A stretch of DNA of 64,000 bases. Origin: Candidatus Omnitrophota bacterium (GTDB taxonomy: Bacteria; Omnitrophota; Omnitrophia; Omnitrophales; Aquincolibacteriaceae). Positions 9,212-19,280 of the stretch are shown here, in pieces. Each line of letters opens with the position of its first letter. Positions within the stretch are counted from its first letter, which is position 1. Under the pieces are notes generated by a model. The model did no database searches, had not been told where the DNA came from, and saw only the letters and a program-made list of their open reading frames with translations. Location: NCBI GenBank assembly GCA_903856085.1, contig CAIOAT010000050.1:422-64421 (forward strand), given 5' to 3'. A program made the translations under genes and the position numbers.

Positions 9212-10081
9212 CTATTGCGTGGCCGTCCTCGCCGCACCGACACGGTATTTCTTGAGGATCCGGTCGGGATCGTAGGATGACTTCGCGATCCGGAGAGCGA
9301 GCTTCCCGAGATCCTGCTCGAAATTCAGAAAAGCATACTGCTTCGGAAGGATCTTCGCGAAATGATTGTACATATATTGGTAGAGCCCCTTGAACTTCCG
9401 TTTTCCTTTCGCGAAATGAAGCGCGAACATGTCCGGACGGATCTCCTCCCCGATCACAAAACCGGCGGGTTCATTCTCCACATAGTAGATCCCGCCGCAA
9501 AGGACCAACTCGTCATAACGGTCCAAAGCCTCGCGGCACGGAAAATAATCTGTCGCCTCCTTCGGCTGCCCCATATCCGCCTGCCAAACGTCGAGAACGT
9601 GAAGGGCCTCCTGCATCCGGTCCTGAGTCAAAGGTTTCGCCTCGGGCGTGTAGCGATCAAGGAATTGGTTTAGAAGGTTTTTCTGACCGTGAAGTTTATG
9701 CCCTTGATAAGTGGATAATTTTTCCAGGGTATAAACATAATCCGAATCATCTTCCGAGAATTCAACCGAAACATTCTTCCCGTCAAAAAACGGAAGCCAC
9801 TCTTCCGGAACAGGAAAAAGGTAGTCGCCATCTTTAAGATGATGCAACACCTCGTCCACTTGTTCTTGACGCAGCATCTCCGTCGGCATCAGGAACCGGC
9901 CACCGTCATAGGCCCTGCCGCTGATAAAGATCCCTGCGGGAACGGTCATCACGTGATAATCATGAACCTCCCGGAAAAGATAAAGGTTCGCAAAACTATA
10001 TTCGGAGAGCGGAGCTCCGGCACAGAGGAACTTTGCTCTCAGAAGATCCTTATGACTCAACGAAAGCTTTTCCGTTTTCAC
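9212..10081 (-). CDS. DUF2156 / aminoacyl-transferase-like GNAT protein
   Basis: SEYSFANLYLF, DSDYVY, HFAKG...GLYQY, NFEQDLG...LRIAKSSYDP. Confidence 0.8.
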   Translation of the reverse strand: MKTEKLSLSHKDLLRAKFLCAGAPLSEYSFANLYLFREVHDYHVMTVPAGIFISGRAYDGGRFLMPTEMLRQEQVDEVLHHLKDGDYLFPVPEEWLPFFDGKNVSVEFSEDDSDYVYTLEKLSTYQGHKLHGQKNLLNQFLDRYTPEAKPLTQDRMQEALHVLDVWQADMGQPKEATDYFPCREALDRYDELVLCGGIYYVENEPAGFVIGEEIRPDMFALHFAKGKRKFKGLYQYMYNHFAKILPKQYAFLNFEQDLGKLALRIAKSSYDPDRILKKYRVGAARTATQ

Positions 10082-10111
10082 CAGGCACCGGCCTACAAAA
10101 TCCAGATGCTC

Positions 10112-10327
10112 TTATTTATTTGAAACATTCGAACAGCAGGAACCCGGAACGCCGAACTTCTTGAGAATGATTTCGGCAAGACACCAGCCGGTAAAAGCTG
10201 ACTGCACGAGGTTCACGCCGATCAGCGTGGTCCAGATCAGCCACCACGGACTTACCCAGATCGCCAGAGCGACGCTCATCAGAATAAAAGTTCCAGCAAT
10301 AACACGGATCATTTTTTCTATGGTCAT
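10112..10327 (-). CDS. DUF2892 (YgaP-like) membrane protein
   Basis: IRVIAG...GVNLVQSAFTGWCLAEIILKK. Confidence 0.9.
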   Translation of the reverse strand: MTIEKMIRVIAGTFILMSVALAIWVSPWWLIWTTLIGVNLVQSAFTGWCLAEIILKKFGVPGSCCSNVSNK

Positions 10328-10399
10328 GGTTTTCTCCTTTGAAAGTTCGGGGGACGGCTAACAAAAAAAGTGGAATTTAAATGCCTTTTCTTTGCCCGC

Positions 10400-13300
10400 T
10401 CATCGTTCCACGTTCCCCGATTCTTTTTTAGCCATCATGTAATAAAAAACGGGCACTGCCGTTCGCGAAAGAATGGTTGAAGCGATCTCACCGGCCATCA
10501 GAGCCACGGCCAGTCCTTGAAAGATCGGATCGAACAAAATCACCGAAGCGCCGACTACCACCGCTGCGGCGGTTAGAAGCATTGGCCGGAACCGCTTCAC
10601 GCCGGCATCGATCACCGCTTCTTCAAGCGGCATACCTTCAGAACGTCTCAGTTCAATAAAATCCACGAGGATAATGGAATTGCGCACTACGATCCCTGCT
10701 CCAGCGATCATGCCGATCATCGAAGTCGCGGTAAAGAATACACCGCCGAGCCAATGCGCCGGCAGGATCCCTACAAGCGTAAGCGGGATCGGCAGCATGA
10801 TGATCCACGGCGTCTTGAACGACTGAAACCACCCCACCACCAGTGCGTAGATGAGGATCATCACGAACGCGAAAGCGATCCCAAGGTCCCGGAACACTTC
10901 ATACGTGATCTGCCACTCTCCGTCCCATTTGAGCGTCCACCGGTCGGTCGAAGCCGGCTGGCCATTAAAGAGTTGGTCGATCTTTTTCTGCTCCCCCGCA
11001 CCCGGAGGCAGCGAAAGTTGGGAGATTTGGTCCTTGAGTTTCAGAATCGCATAGGCCGGGCTTTCAAATTGTCCTGCCACATCTGCGATCACATACGAAA
11101 CCCGCATGAGATTTTTGTGATAGATCGCCCGGTCCTTGGCGTCGTTTTCCACATCCACAAGTTCCCGAATGGGGATCGGACTTCCGAACCGCGAAAGGAG
11201 CGTCATATTGAGCGTCGCATCAAGTGTCTTGCGCTTGGCTTCCGGCAAACGTAAAAGGATCTCCACTGGCTCGAATTCTTCGGACAAATGCGCGAGATCC
11301 ACAGTCTGTCCGCTGACTGCGGCCGTAAGGGCCTCCGCGATCTGCGTGACAGGGATACCATTCAAGGATGCCTTCTGCGTATTCACTCTGAGACGCGCGA
11401 GCTTTTCCTTCGCCTGAACATAAGTATCTATATCCGTCACACCTTCGCTTGAAGCGAGCAAGCCTTCGATCTGCTTCGCCAGTTCATTTTGTCCTTCGAG
11501 TGTCGGACCGTAGATCTCAAGCACCAAGGTTGAAAGGACCGGCGGTCCGGGCGGAACTTCGGCGACCTGAACGTGTCCTCCATATTTTTTCACGATCTCA
11601 TGGATCTTTGGACGCACGGCCTTGGCAATATCATGACTTTGACGCTTACGGTCATGCTTCCCCGCGAGATTGACCTGCAGGTCTGCCTGATACGGCTTCG
11701 AACGCAGGAAATAATGCCGCACGAGCCCGTTGAAATTGTAAGGTGCTGCGGTCCCCACATACATTTCGATATCCTTCACTTCCGGAACCTTCGCCAGATA
11801 ATCCGCGATCTCTTCGATCACTTGATGCGTTTTGGGTTCCGGCGTGCCTTCTGGCATATTGAGAACAACCTGGAATTCATTCTTGTTATCGAAAGGCAGC
11901 ATTTTCATGCGTACGAGTTTGAGCGGCACGAGCATGATGACTGCAAAAAGCAAAATGCCGAGGGCAACGAGAAATCTCCTACGGACTTTCGCGTTATAGA
12001 TCAGGGGGTTCATATAGGAACGATAAAGACGCGTGAGAAAATCCTCCTTCTCGCCTTCATGATGCACCTTGAGCTTCCCTTTCGCAAAGGCCCGGCCCAG
12101 GATCTGATAAGCAGCCCAGGGCGTGGCCACGAACGCCACGAACATGGAGAACACCATGGCCGCACTCGCGCCGATCGGAATCGGTCGCATGTAAGGGCCC
12201 ATTAGCCCGCTCACGAACGCCATCGGTAATATGGCCGCGATCACGGTCAGTGTCGCGAGAATCAAGGGGCTTCGCACCTCGTTCACCGCTTCGATTGTCA
12301 CATCAAGAATATTCTTCTCCTTATTCTCGGGCAGACGCAAATGCCGCACAATATTCTCCACATCCACGATCGGGTCATCGACCAGGATACCGATGGAAAA
12401 AATAAGCGCAAAAAGCGTGATCCGGTTGAGGGTAAACCCGAGAAAATAAAATGTCGCAAGCGTCAGCGCGAGCGTCATCGGAATCGCGATTGCCACTACG
12501 CCCGATTCCCGGACCCCGAGCGACCAGGCAATCAAGAGACTGACTCCGAACACCGCAATCGCCATGTGAAAGAGGAGTTCGTTGGATTTCTCTTTGGCCG
12601 TCTCGCCATAATCACGCGTCACGGTCATTTCAACATCCTTCGGCAAGGTCGCCTCCGGCAATTTTTTGAGAGTCTTGAGGATCACTTCCGAAAGGTGCGC
12701 CGCGTTCGAACCTTTGCGTTTGGAAATGGAAAGCGTCACAGCCTCAAAAACACCCTTCGCGGCATTCTTCTCCGCAGGCCCAAAAAGAATATGCGTCGAA
12801 CTTTCTTCTTCATCTGACCCGTCCACCACGAGGGCAACATCCTTGAGAGTTACGGTGCTTCCCCCGCTCACGCCGACCACAAGGTTCTCCAAATCGCTTT
12901 TGGTGCGAAAAAAGGAGTCCGATTCTACCTGGATAAGCTCCGGCTCACTTTCAAGATGTCCGGCGCTTTGTTTGACATTGGCCGCCCGGATCAGCTGTCC
13001 GATCTCAAGGGGATTCATAAGCCGCGACTTCAATTTCACCTCATCGAAAAAGACCTGGAACTGGCGTTTGCGGCCGCCGGTAATATGCGTTTCCGAAACG
13101 TCCGGAATTGCGTTCACGATCTGCTGAAGATTCGCCACATGCCGGCGGAGTCTCACCGGATCCTGTTTCTCACTGTGGAACGTGAGCGTCATGATCGGCA
13201 CGTCATCAATGGACCGAGTCTTGATGAGCGGCTGCGTCCCTCCCTGCGGCATGAAATCAAGATTGGAATAGATCTTAGTGTAAAGCTTGATCAGACTCTT

Positions 13301-13630
13301 TTCGACATTCTCCCCGACCTTAAATCGGATGATGAAAAGCGCCCCTTCAGGTTCTGTCGTGGAGTAAACGTATTCGACCCCCGGAATCTCCCAGAATTTC
13401 CGCTCTCCGAGGTTCACGATACGCTGCTCCACCTCCTGGGAACTAGCGCCGGGATAGGCAACAAAAACATCGAACATCGGCACCGAAATCTGAGGTTCTT
13501 CTTCGCGCGGAAGATTCATGACCGCAAAAAGACCGATGATGAGCGAGGTGGCGATGATAAGCGGCGTGATCTTCGATTTCGCAAAGTAGCTGACAATGCC
13601 GCTGATAAAATCAGAATGGTGTTTGGTCAT
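10400..13630 (-). CDS. RND efflux permease subunit (AcrB/D/F superfamily)
   Basis: 1076 aa; PREEEPQI, GILVDDPIVDVENI, GIVVRNSIILVDF, RFRPMLLT. Confidence 0.95.
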   Translation of the reverse strand: MTKHHSDFISGIVSYFAKSKITPLIIATSLIIGLFAVMNLPREEEPQISVPMFDVFVAYPGASSQEVEQRIVNLGERKFWEIPGVEYVYSTTEPEGALFIIRFKVGENVEKSLIKLYTKIYSNLDFMPQGGTQPLIKTRSIDDVPIMTLTFHSEKQDPVRLRRHVANLQQIVNAIPDVSETHITGGRKRQFQVFFDEVKLKSRLMNPLEIGQLIRAANVKQSAGHLESEPELIQVESDSFFRTKSDLENLVVGVSGGSTVTLKDVALVVDGSDEEESSTHILFGPAEKNAAKGVFEAVTLSISKRKGSNAAHLSEVILKTLKKLPEATLPKDVEMTVTRDYGETAKEKSNELLFHMAIAVFGVSLLIAWSLGVRESGVVAIAIPMTLALTLATFYFLGFTLNRITLFALIFSIGILVDDPIVDVENIVRHLRLPENKEKNILDVTIEAVNEVRSPLILATLTVIAAILPMAFVSGLMGPYMRPIPIGASAAMVFSMFVAFVATPWAAYQILGRAFAKGKLKVHHEGEKEDFLTRLYRSYMNPLIYNAKVRRRFLVALGILLFAVIMLVPLKLVRMKMLPFDNKNEFQVVLNMPEGTPEPKTHQVIEEIADYLAKVPEVKDIEMYVGTAAPYNFNGLVRHYFLRSKPYQADLQVNLAGKHDRKRQSHDIAKAVRPKIHEIVKKYGGHVQVAEVPPGPPVLSTLVLEIYGPTLEGQNELAKQIEGLLASSEGVTDIDTYVQAKEKLARLRVNTQKASLNGIPVTQIAEALTAAVSGQTVDLAHLSEEFEPVEILLRLPEAKRKTLDATLNMTLLSRFGSPIPIRELVDVENDAKDRAIYHKNLMRVSYVIADVAGQFESPAYAILKLKDQISQLSLPPGAGEQKKIDQLFNGQPASTDRWTLKWDGEWQITYEVFRDLGIAFAFVMILIYALVVGWFQSFKTPWIIMLPIPLTLVGILPAHWLGGVFFTATSMIGMIAGAGIVVRNSIILVDFIELRRSEGMPLEEAVIDAGVKRFRPMLLTAAAVVVGASVILFDPIFQGLAVALMAGEIASTILSRTAVPVFYYMMAKKESGNVER

Positions 13631-13695
13631 TTATATTCTTTCGTATTCTCCATGAACATACCTAGCATAAGCAACGGATTTGGCAGAAGCGTGGT

Positions 13696-15102
13696 TTACC
13701 CCTTCAATCGCGTATTAACCTGATGAAGACCGTCCTCGTTCAGCTGTCCGGACAGGAAAAGAAGTTTCGCGTGTTCCAATTCGAGCGCAAAAAGTAGTTG
13801 CTGCAGTCCGGACGCGGTCTCCAAGTACACGCTGCGTATCGCGAGAAGATCGGCAATAGATTTTCGCCCTTCCTGATAAAGCTTCGCCGTAAGATCACTC
13901 GCTTGCTTAGCGTCTTGATAAGCCTGAAGCAGAACCGGATGGTCCGCGGTCACAGTCTCGTAATTCGCAAGTTCTCCAATAAGCTCCTTGGCGATCTCAT
14001 CGCGGAGCGCCTGCCGGTCCGCCTTGAGCTCTTCATACCGATGCTTGGCTTGCTGGGTACGTCCCGGATACGTCGGATCGAAAAGGTCCACTTTCCCTTC
14101 GATCCCCACGGTAAAATTCTTGCCGCTGGAGCGCAAGTCGTGACTATCGGCGTCAAGATCGCCAAATCCATAAATTTTTGGGAGGAATGAGGTTTTCTGA
14201 CGGAGCGATTCAATACGTTCAGCGTCGATCATGCTATCCATCGCCACAAGATCCTTGCGTTGCTGATAAGCCTGCGCAATCCAACTTTGAAGCTCGCCTC
14301 TGTCCTGCACCGATCCCGGGATTTTCCCAACCCCGTCCCAAACAAGCTCCGGATCTTCGCCCATCAGAATATTCATAAACATACGCGAAGTCTTGAGCGC
14401 AGCCTTGGTCCGGTTCAGTTCACGCTCGATCCCCGCCGACGTGACCTTGGCCGCATAAAAATCCGCGCCGAGGATCATGCCCTTTTGATTGAGGTCCTCG
14501 GCTTGTTTTAGATCCTGATCGATCACCTTTTTTAAATCGGTCGTAATATTTAAGAGTTCTTTAGCGAGCAGGATCGCGAGAAAACTTTCAAGGGTCACAA
14601 GCGATGCTTCCATTTCCGAGAAATCCGCTTCCAGGCCTGCCGATTTTACAAGCCGGCGCGCAGAACGGATCTTGGAGATCGTGTTGAAGGAATCGAAAAG
14701 AAGCATCTCTCCGGCCACTCCGAAGTGATAATTCGTGTGATGACGGGGCGAGTTCATCGCGTTGAGCGCGAAATCATTTTGCGTAAAGGATTCCTGCCGG
14801 AGGAGCATGCCAAACACACCCACAGGATCATCGGTCGTGGTCATCGAAGTAACACCCTGAACTCGCGGAAAAAGTTCCGCAAGAGCAAGGTTCTTCTCCG
14901 CCTTCGCCTGCTCAAGTTGTTCATATTTCTTTTTCAACGCGGGATAATGGACAAGAACCTTTGCATAGCAATCCAGAAAGGTCATCTTGGAAGGCGCGTT
15001 CGACGGACGCGCCGCCGGCTCTGCCGCCAAAGCCATAGCGCTTGTAAAGATAAATGCCGTAATAATCAACCCTGATATTTTTTTAGCCATAGTGTTATTC
15101 AT
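13696..15102 (-). CDS. TolC family outer-membrane efflux protein
   Basis: Signal peptide, OEP repeats (ELFPRV, SFLPKI, LYQEG), upstream of the RND gene. Confidence 0.88.
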   Translation of the reverse strand: MNNTMAKKISGLIITAFIFTSAMALAAEPAARPSNAPSKMTFLDCYAKVLVHYPALKKKYEQLEQAKAEKNLALAELFPRVQGVTSMTTTDDPVGVFGMLLRQESFTQNDFALNAMNSPRHHTNYHFGVAGEMLLFDSFNTISKIRSARRLVKSAGLEADFSEMEASLVTLESFLAILLAKELLNITTDLKKVIDQDLKQAEDLNQKGMILGADFYAAKVTSAGIERELNRTKAALKTSRMFMNILMGEDPELVWDGVGKIPGSVQDRGELQSWIAQAYQQRKDLVAMDSMIDAERIESLRQKTSFLPKIYGFGDLDADSHDLRSSGKNFTVGIEGKVDLFDPTYPGRTQQAKHRYEELKADRQALRDEIAKELIGELANYETVTADHPVLLQAYQDAKQASDLTAKLYQEGRKSIADLLAIRSVYLETASGLQQLLFALELEHAKLLFLSGQLNEDGLHQVNTRLKG

Positions 15103-15112
15103 TCTTCAAAAT

Positions 15113-16051
15113 TTATGTAAAAAACGCGATGCTGAAAATGCCGGACGTGGTTTGCACCTTATTGCTCCCAAAAACATCCTGCTGAACGCCGGTTTCAAAG
15201 CGGACATGATCCCCGAACGGCATAATGAAGCCAAAGACCACGCTCGCAAGATTCGCGGTTCGCCCGTGTTCGCCGAAATCATGACTATAGATCAGCTCAA
15301 CCTCGGGTTGGAGCCACCTCAAAACCTGATACCCCACCGCAATATTCGCATGGGTCGTACCGAATAAATCGCCCGTGCGTTTCGAAGGCGCAAGCGGTGT
15401 GTTATAGCCCAAGTTCAAAGTCCCGTTCCAGCGGCCGATGTCCTTGGTAAACGCTATGGCATTATCAAAACTGGTGTAACCCTGACTTGCGCCAATATGA
15501 TCGAAATTACTGCGCCGTCCGGTCGGTATAAAAATCGTGGGGATGTATGCGATCTCGAGTTTTTTCTCTTCAGAATCATAAAACCGCCAGTGGCCCGTAA
15601 CGCCAAGGTCCCCCCACCCGAATCCATGCGTGGGCCCTTCCGTCTCATCTTCCACCGGTTGACCCGTCCCCGGATCCGTCAAATCCCCGACTTCATTGTA
15701 ATTATTCTCTTTATCCAAAGTATGCTGGAACCAATTGATGATGCCGACATCGATATTTTTAAAAATCCCGACTGTCGCCTGCGTTTCCAAGAGCTGCGTC
15801 TGATAAGTCCCTCTATTTTCCCTTCCACCGTTGGACTTCCACGCAAATTTGCCACCCTGGATCACATACGAGCTCCAAAGTTCCGCTTGTCCGGGATCGT
15901 AAGGCGTTGCATCCACCGTCACAACCTTGGTGTGTTCTTGAAGAGCCAGGTCTTCTTCAGCCGATTCAGCATGAAGCGAGAAAGGGCAAAGACAAAGCAA
16001 AAGCCCCAAAATGACGGACGCTCTGGAACAACTCATAAAAGATGGAATCAT
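15113..16051 (-). CDS. Putative outer-membrane beta-barrel channel (MetA-pathway/SphA-like transporter family)
   Basis: Signal peptide, GWGDLGV, PTG, alternating beta strands, aromatic C-terminus; ATGA overlap with the upstream small ORF. Confidence 0.65.
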   Translation of the reverse strand: MIPSFMSCSRASVILGLLLCLCPFSLHAESAEEDLALQEHTKVVTVDATPYDPGQAELWSSYVIQGGKFAWKSNGGRENRGTYQTQLLETQATVGIFKNIDVGIINWFQHTLDKENNYNEVGDLTDPGTGQPVEDETEGPTHGFGWGDLGVTGHWRFYDSEEKKLEIAYIPTIFIPTGRRSNFDHIGASQGYTSFDNAIAFTKDIGRWNGTLNLGYNTPLAPSKRTGDLFGTTHANIAVGYQVLRWLQPEVELIYSHDFGEHGRTANLASVVFGFIMPFGDHVRFETGVQQDVFGSNKVQTTSGIFSIAFFT

Positions 16052-16188
16052 TTTTTCGCAAGAGGCTCTTTGGGTTTAAAACAATCCTTGGAACAACAAC
16101 CGCCGCCGTTTTTCCCCAAAAAACAGCGCAGCGCCAGAAGCGCTGCTAGCACCACGATACTTAACGCGATGATCTCGTTATTATCCAT
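16048..16188 (-). CDS. FeoB-associated Cys-rich small membrane protein, 46 aa; not in ORF track
   Basis: MDNNEIIALSIVVLAALLALRCFLGKNGGGCCSKDCFKPKEPLAKK; AAAGGAA SD; directly after feoB. Confidence 0.8.
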   Translation of the reverse strand: MDNNEIIALSIVVLAALLALRCFLGKNGGGCCSKDCFKPKEPLAKK

Positions 16189-16221
16189 ATTTTTTCCTTT
16201 CTTTTCCGCTCTAAGACCGGG

Positions 16222-18441
16222 TCATTGAAACCCTAAAAACCGCCCGCCTTGATAAACCAGAAACGAACTGCCCCAAGCAAGACCTGTCATATAGAAGATC
16301 ATGAAGAACATCCAGCCCCAGGACCCGGTCTCGCGCTTCACGATCGCGAAGGTCGAAAAGCACTGACATGCTAACACATAGAAGACCATGAGAGAAAGCG
16401 CCACAAGTGGAGTGTAAACAAGTTTCCCCGTTTCGGTCGACCGTTGTTTTTGAAGGGCGTCGATCAAACCCGCGGTCATGCCCTCACCCTCAGGTTGGAC
16501 GTGATGTACGATCGCAAGCGTACTGATCAAAAGTTCGCGCGCCGCGAACGAGGCGATGATCCCGATCCCGATCTCCCAATTAAAACCCAAAGGCCGGATG
16601 GCGGGCTCTATCGCATGGCCCAAAGATCCGGCATAACTCGATCGAAGCTGCTGATTCTTTTCATCATGTTCGATTAGCCCGAGCCGTTCCTGCAGGACTT
16701 CCCCGCTGCAAGTTTTTGCGGCAACTTGCCGCGCGGCACTGAACTTTGTCGCAGCGACGGGATCCTTGGGATAACTCACAAGAAACCACAGAACAATGGA
16801 CAAAAGAAAAATAATGCTTCCCGCCCGGGTGATAAATTCCTTGGCCCGGTCCCACATCGTGCCAAGCACCGTTTTAAGATGCGGGATGCGATAAGGCGGC
16901 AGTTCAAACACGAACGGCATACGATTCCCTTTAAGAAATGTCTTCCGAAAAAGCGCAGCGACCCCGAGCCCGGCCCCAATGCTCATCAGGTAAAGCCCCA
17001 AAAGCGTCAGCCCCTGGAGATGCAGGACATGAAATACATGAATATTCGGAATGAACGCCGCGATCAAGAGTGTGTAAATGGGAAGCCGCGCGCTGCAGCT
17101 CATGAGAGGCGCCACAAGGATCGTGGCCAGGCGATCATTCCGATCCTCGATCGTACGCGTCGCAAGCACTCCGGGCACGGTACATGCGAAGGAACTGAGC
17201 AGTGGCAAGAAAGCTTTACCGTTCAGCCCTACCTTTTTCATAAGCTTGTCGAGCACGAACACCGCGCGCGCCATATAACCCGTATCCTCAAAAAGTGCGA
17301 TAAAAAAGAAAAGGAGAAAGATCTGCGGTAGAAAAACAATGACGTTCCCAACACCCGCAATGATGCCATCCACCACCAGACTTTGAAGAGGTCCGGTTGG
17401 CAGCCATCCTTGCGCTAAACCGCCCAATTTTTCTATAAACCGCGAAAGAAGGTTCATCGGCCCCTGGGCCCAGGAAAAGATCGATTGAAAAATAATACCC
17501 ATGATGGCGATAAAGGCGACCACGCCCCAGATACGATGCGTCAGGATCCGGTCCAGATGCTCCGAGAATGTGAGGGCTTTCTGCGGAACCCGACGAATGA
17601 TCTGCCCGCAGAGATGCTCGATCGCGGTATACCGGCATTCTGGTTCCACCGAGGTCCAATCGATTCCGCGTTGTTTCAATGAAGACCGGACGCTCAGGAT
17701 TTCGGTTCTCAGAAGGTTGCCGATCTCGACGTCTTCAAAAAAAGAACTCCTGAAAAGACGATCGGATAAAAGCCTCAGGGATTCCCCAAAAACAGCTTCC
17801 GGACGATCCTTCAAGCAATTCTCGATCACGACTACGATCTTATCCAGTTCGATTTTCAATATCTCCGGCAGGAACGGATCGAACCGGAGATTTGCCGGCG
17901 CAGGAGATGTCTCCATAAAAACGCTTGCGATCGCAGCCTCGAGCTTCTGGATCCCTTCGCGTTCCATACCGACTGTCGGCACACAGGGAACCCCCGTGAG
18001 CTTTTGTAATTTTTCAAGATCAACGGATGCACTGCTTTTCCGGACCATATCCCACATATTCAAAACCAAAATGACGGGAATCCCCGTCTCCAAAACCTGG
18101 GTCGCCAAATAAAGATTCCGCTCGAGGTTGTTGGCATCCAGCACCACCAGAACAAGGTCCGGCGGCGGCGTGTCGCAGCGAACCCCGAGCAGGACATCGT
18201 GTACGATGTCTTCGTCCAATGAACGTGGCAGCAAACTGTAAGCTCCGGGCAGATCCAGCACCGAGACGTCTTCGCCTCCGGGGAGTTTCATCCAGCCGGT
18301 CTTTTTTTCGACAGTCACTCCGGGATAATTGGCCGTACTGTGACGAAGTCCGGTCAGGGCATTAAAGATCGTGGTCTTCCCCGTGTTGGGATTCCCGACC
18401 AACGCGATCTCCTTATTTTTCTTCTCTGTGATATTTTTCAT
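16222..18441 (-). CDS. feoB: Ferrous iron transporter B
   Basis: G1 GNPNTGKT, NYPGVTVE, DLPG, NMWD; gate motifs EDTGYMAR, MSCSARLP, ELPPYR. Confidence 0.97.
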   Translation of the reverse strand: MKNITEKKNKEIALVGNPNTGKTTIFNALTGLRHSTANYPGVTVEKKTGWMKLPGGEDVSVLDLPGAYSLLPRSLDEDIVHDVLLGVRCDTPPPDLVLVVLDANNLERNLYLATQVLETGIPVILVLNMWDMVRKSSASVDLEKLQKLTGVPCVPTVGMEREGIQKLEAAIASVFMETSPAPANLRFDPFLPEILKIELDKIVVVIENCLKDRPEAVFGESLRLLSDRLFRSSFFEDVEIGNLLRTEILSVRSSLKQRGIDWTSVEPECRYTAIEHLCGQIIRRVPQKALTFSEHLDRILTHRIWGVVAFIAIMGIIFQSIFSWAQGPMNLLSRFIEKLGGLAQGWLPTGPLQSLVVDGIIAGVGNVIVFLPQIFLLFFFIALFEDTGYMARAVFVLDKLMKKVGLNGKAFLPLLSSFACTVPGVLATRTIEDRNDRLATILVAPLMSCSARLPIYTLLIAAFIPNIHVFHVLHLQGLTLLGLYLMSIGAGLGVAALFRKTFLKGNRMPFVFELPPYRIPHLKTVLGTMWDRAKEFITRAGSIIFLLSIVLWFLVSYPKDPVAATKFSAARQVAAKTCSGEVLQERLGLIEHDEKNQQLRSSYAGSLGHAIEPAIRPLGFNWEIGIGIIASFAARELLISTLAIVHHVQPEGEGMTAGLIDALQKQRSTETGKLVYTPLVALSLMVFYVLACQCFSTFAIVKRETGSWGWMFFMIFYMTGLAWGSSFLVYQGGRFLGFQ

Positions 18442-18683
18442 AGCCCTTGGTTCTCTCGACTCACAAGTATTTTTGCCGCATCTTGTTTTCGCAAAGAGAG
18501 GCTATAACCCCGCAGGACGATCTCCATCGGGTCTCCCAAAGGCGCGAAACGTTTCACCAAAACCGCAGTACCCCGGACCAATCCAAGCTCTTTGAGGCGG
18601 TAGTGGAGATCTTCCTCCCCCTCATAGCCCTGAATAATGCCCCGCTCCCCTAACGTCATTTGATCGAGCGTCATGGTTTTCAT
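18438..18683 (-). CDS. feoA: Ferrous iron transport protein A
   Basis: RLKELGL..G..V.VKRFAPLGDPMEI.LRGY.LSLRK. Confidence 0.95.
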   Translation of the reverse strand: MKTMTLDQMTLGERGIIQGYEGEEDLHYRLKELGLVRGTAVLVKRFAPLGDPMEIVLRGYSLSLRKQDAAKILVSRENQGL

Positions 18684-18760
18684 AAAATTATAGTTCTATA
18701 GCTAATCACGGTAGTCCAAGCCACCGTCTTTTAAAAATACAGATATGAACGTCCTAGGTT

Positions 18761-19189
18761 TTATTTCCGGCATTTTTCGCAAAGTCCTATCAACTGTTGG
18801 CAATGATGTTCGAGCTTAAACGCGTTCTTTTTTGCGATCCTTTGCTGAGATCTCTCGATCGCCGGATCCTTAAACTCGACGATCTTCTCGCATCCGCGGC
18901 AGATCAGATGATCGTGATGGCCCTTGGAACGCGCACATTCATAATAAGTGTCGCGACTCGTGCGAAAACTCTGCGCGACCATACCGGCCTCCAAAAGGAT
19001 CGGCAAGTTCCTGTAGACCGTATCCCGCGAGACTTTCAACCCCTGTTTCTTAAGACAGGAGACGAGAATATCTACATTAAAGTGTCCGCGTTGACGTTTG
19101 ATCCCTTCGATCAGCTTCAATCTCTCTCCCGTCAGACGACACCCCTTTCCCCGGATAAATCCCTCAAATTCTTTTTTGTTTTTGACCAT
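18761..19189 (-). CDS. fur: Fur family transcriptional repressor
   Basis: RLT..R, SRDTVYRNL, HHDHLICRGC, CEKC; start set at ATG 19189. Confidence 0.9.
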   Translation of the reverse strand: MVKNKKEFEGFIRGKGCRLTGERLKLIEGIKRQRGHFNVDILVSCLKKQGLKVSRDTVYRNLPILLEAGMVAQSFRTSRDTYYECARSKGHHDHLICRGCEKIVEFKDPAIERSQQRIAKKNAFKLEHHCQQLIGLCEKCRK

Positions 19190-19202
19190 AGGAGAGAGCC
19201 CT

Positions 19203-19227
19203 CTTATTAAGACTAAGTCTGAATAAG
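19203..19227. promoter_or_regulatory. Palindromic operator (12-1-12), candidate Fur-family box
   Basis: CTTATTAAGACT-A-AGTCTGAATAAG (one mismatch) overlapping the predicted TSS of fur-feoAB. Confidence 0.7.
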
Positions 19228-19231
19228 GATC

Positions 19232-19260
19232 AGTGTAACGGACAAGCGAGGCTCTGTCAA
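19232..19260 (-). promoter_or_regulatory. sigma70-type promoter of the fur-feo operon
   Basis: TTGACA-17 nt-TACACT. Confidence 0.75.
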
Positions 19261-19280
19261 TCACGCCTTTAAGGTGAGAA

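Noticed and set aside
16222-18683. Magnetosome-island feoAB
   Set aside because: No mam/mad/man genes in the window; LemA here looks like ordinary LemA rather than a supportable MamQ.
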